Positions 62,841-64,000 of a stretch of DNA of 64,000 bases are shown here, piece by piece. This DNA comes from Ginglymostoma cirratum (lineage: Eukaryota). The stretch lies in assembly GCA_024137785.1 (NCBI GenBank), contig JAHRHZ010000140.1, positions 21,647,451-21,711,450 of the forward strand. Reading direction: 5' to 3'. The position numbers were made by a program, and so were the translations under genes. Position 1 is the first letter of the stretch; each line of letters starts with the position of its first letter. The notes below the pieces were generated by a model. It saw only the letters and a program-made list of their open reading frames with translations. It made no database searches and was not told the origin of the DNA.

Positions 62841-64000
62841 TATGTAAATATTCGGATCATAATTGGGCTAGAAAAGAAGGAACCTGGCTTTGTACATAAT
62901 CTATGAAGTAACTGACATCAGGATGGTCCCATTGAGTGAAAGGATTGGAAAAAATACTTCTGCTCCTTACGTTATATTCTCATTTTATACGTATCTCTTA
63001 TTTTGAAATGAATGGCCACCATAGTTAATTGCACCAACTCAGTTTCAGCACAAAGTCTGCTTTCTACTAGTCCAAGTATTTTCAACCTTTGATTTCACTG
63101 GAGTAATACCTTCGTTTCCAAACCTTGAGTAAAACTGTTCGTTTGTGTGCTTCCTTTCTTAAAGGTAGCACACAAGGTACCAGGAAGAGATTGGGTAACA
63201 TAATTTACTATAGACTTGCAAAATTAACAATGGAGGTGCTGTGAGGTATAATTTGTCCTGCAACTAAAAGGAATGATTAACCATGCCTAAGATGGGAGAT
63301 ATATGCAGTATACCATGGCTTCTGGTCATGTGGATTTAAAGCACTGAAGCCATTAAATTTAAAATTGTAATTGAAACATTATTGATGCGAGGAGTGCAAA
63401 GAAGTGCCCCTTTCAATGCGAAACTCACACCTTATACCCATTACACATTCATCCCTCAATTATAAAATTCATAAAATATGAAATTATTTTGTGAAATATA
63501 TTCAGTAGTGGTTAAAAGAAATACTTCGTGGGGCAAAAATCTCTCCTAATGGAGAGGAGCAGAGAATTTTAAAATGCTGCTGCTGGAATTAAATTATGCA
63601 ATGGCAATTTAAACAGTTATACTTTGGTTCTACGTAAAGGTTAAAGTTACAGTAATATTCATGTTAAAGGTACATTCATATTAAGGTTATACTATCTCTA
63701 TTCAAAGTTACTACATTGGCATGTACTAATATACTGATGCAAAAGCTGGATGACAATGTGGTCACTAAATACAATCCAACATGAAAAGATACTTGGTTCC
63801 TCAAGATATTCCTTACTTCATAGTCAAAGATCACCACACTCATTGAACTAACTTTGCTTTTTACAATACACTGTAGCCTGGAACAATACTACATGAGAGA
63901 AGCCAGAGATGACACCACCTCAAGAGTGCTGCCGATGGTTTATAAATCACTGCTATATTGAAGTTAACATATATTAAATGGTAGATCATGACTGGGGTTT

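Noticed and set aside
47100-64000. Upstream TCF7L2 exons (YLQMKWPLL..., cassette SPLPCC...)
   Set aside because: No matching translation seen; they are likely outside the window.

Overview
Eukaryotic (vertebrate) genomic DNA, AT-rich, most likely from a cartilaginous fish, judging by the HE1-type V-SINE, Deu-domain SINEs and dense CR1/Penelope debris (inference). The window lies inside the TCF7L2 (TCF4) gene on the minus strand. It holds three internal coding exons (31127-30995, 10351-10249, 9659-9573) that encode [12 protein letters not shown]...DPKTG / [14 protein letters not shown]...GWLVPQ / QGQPVYPITTGG...NASMS, almost identical to human TCF7L2 as I recall it, and it retains the alternative LVPQ donor. 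Upstream of the SNKV exon is a ~19 kb stretch with no recognisable transposons. It contains four candidate alternative first exons, all with phase-0 donors in frame with the SNKV exon: three end in ATG|GTAAG and one carries a 41-codon ORF. This is the architecture expected of the internal-promoter, beta-catenin-binding-domain-less dnTCF7L2 isoforms. The rest is intron with CR1 and L2 LINE fragments, SINEs, nested insertions, a Penelope-like element (GIY-YIG ORF plus hammerhead ribozyme motif), several short hairpin-forming Penelope derivatives with hammerhead cores and target-site duplications, and one 400-N assembly gap. Repeat boundaries are approximate and were read by eye.
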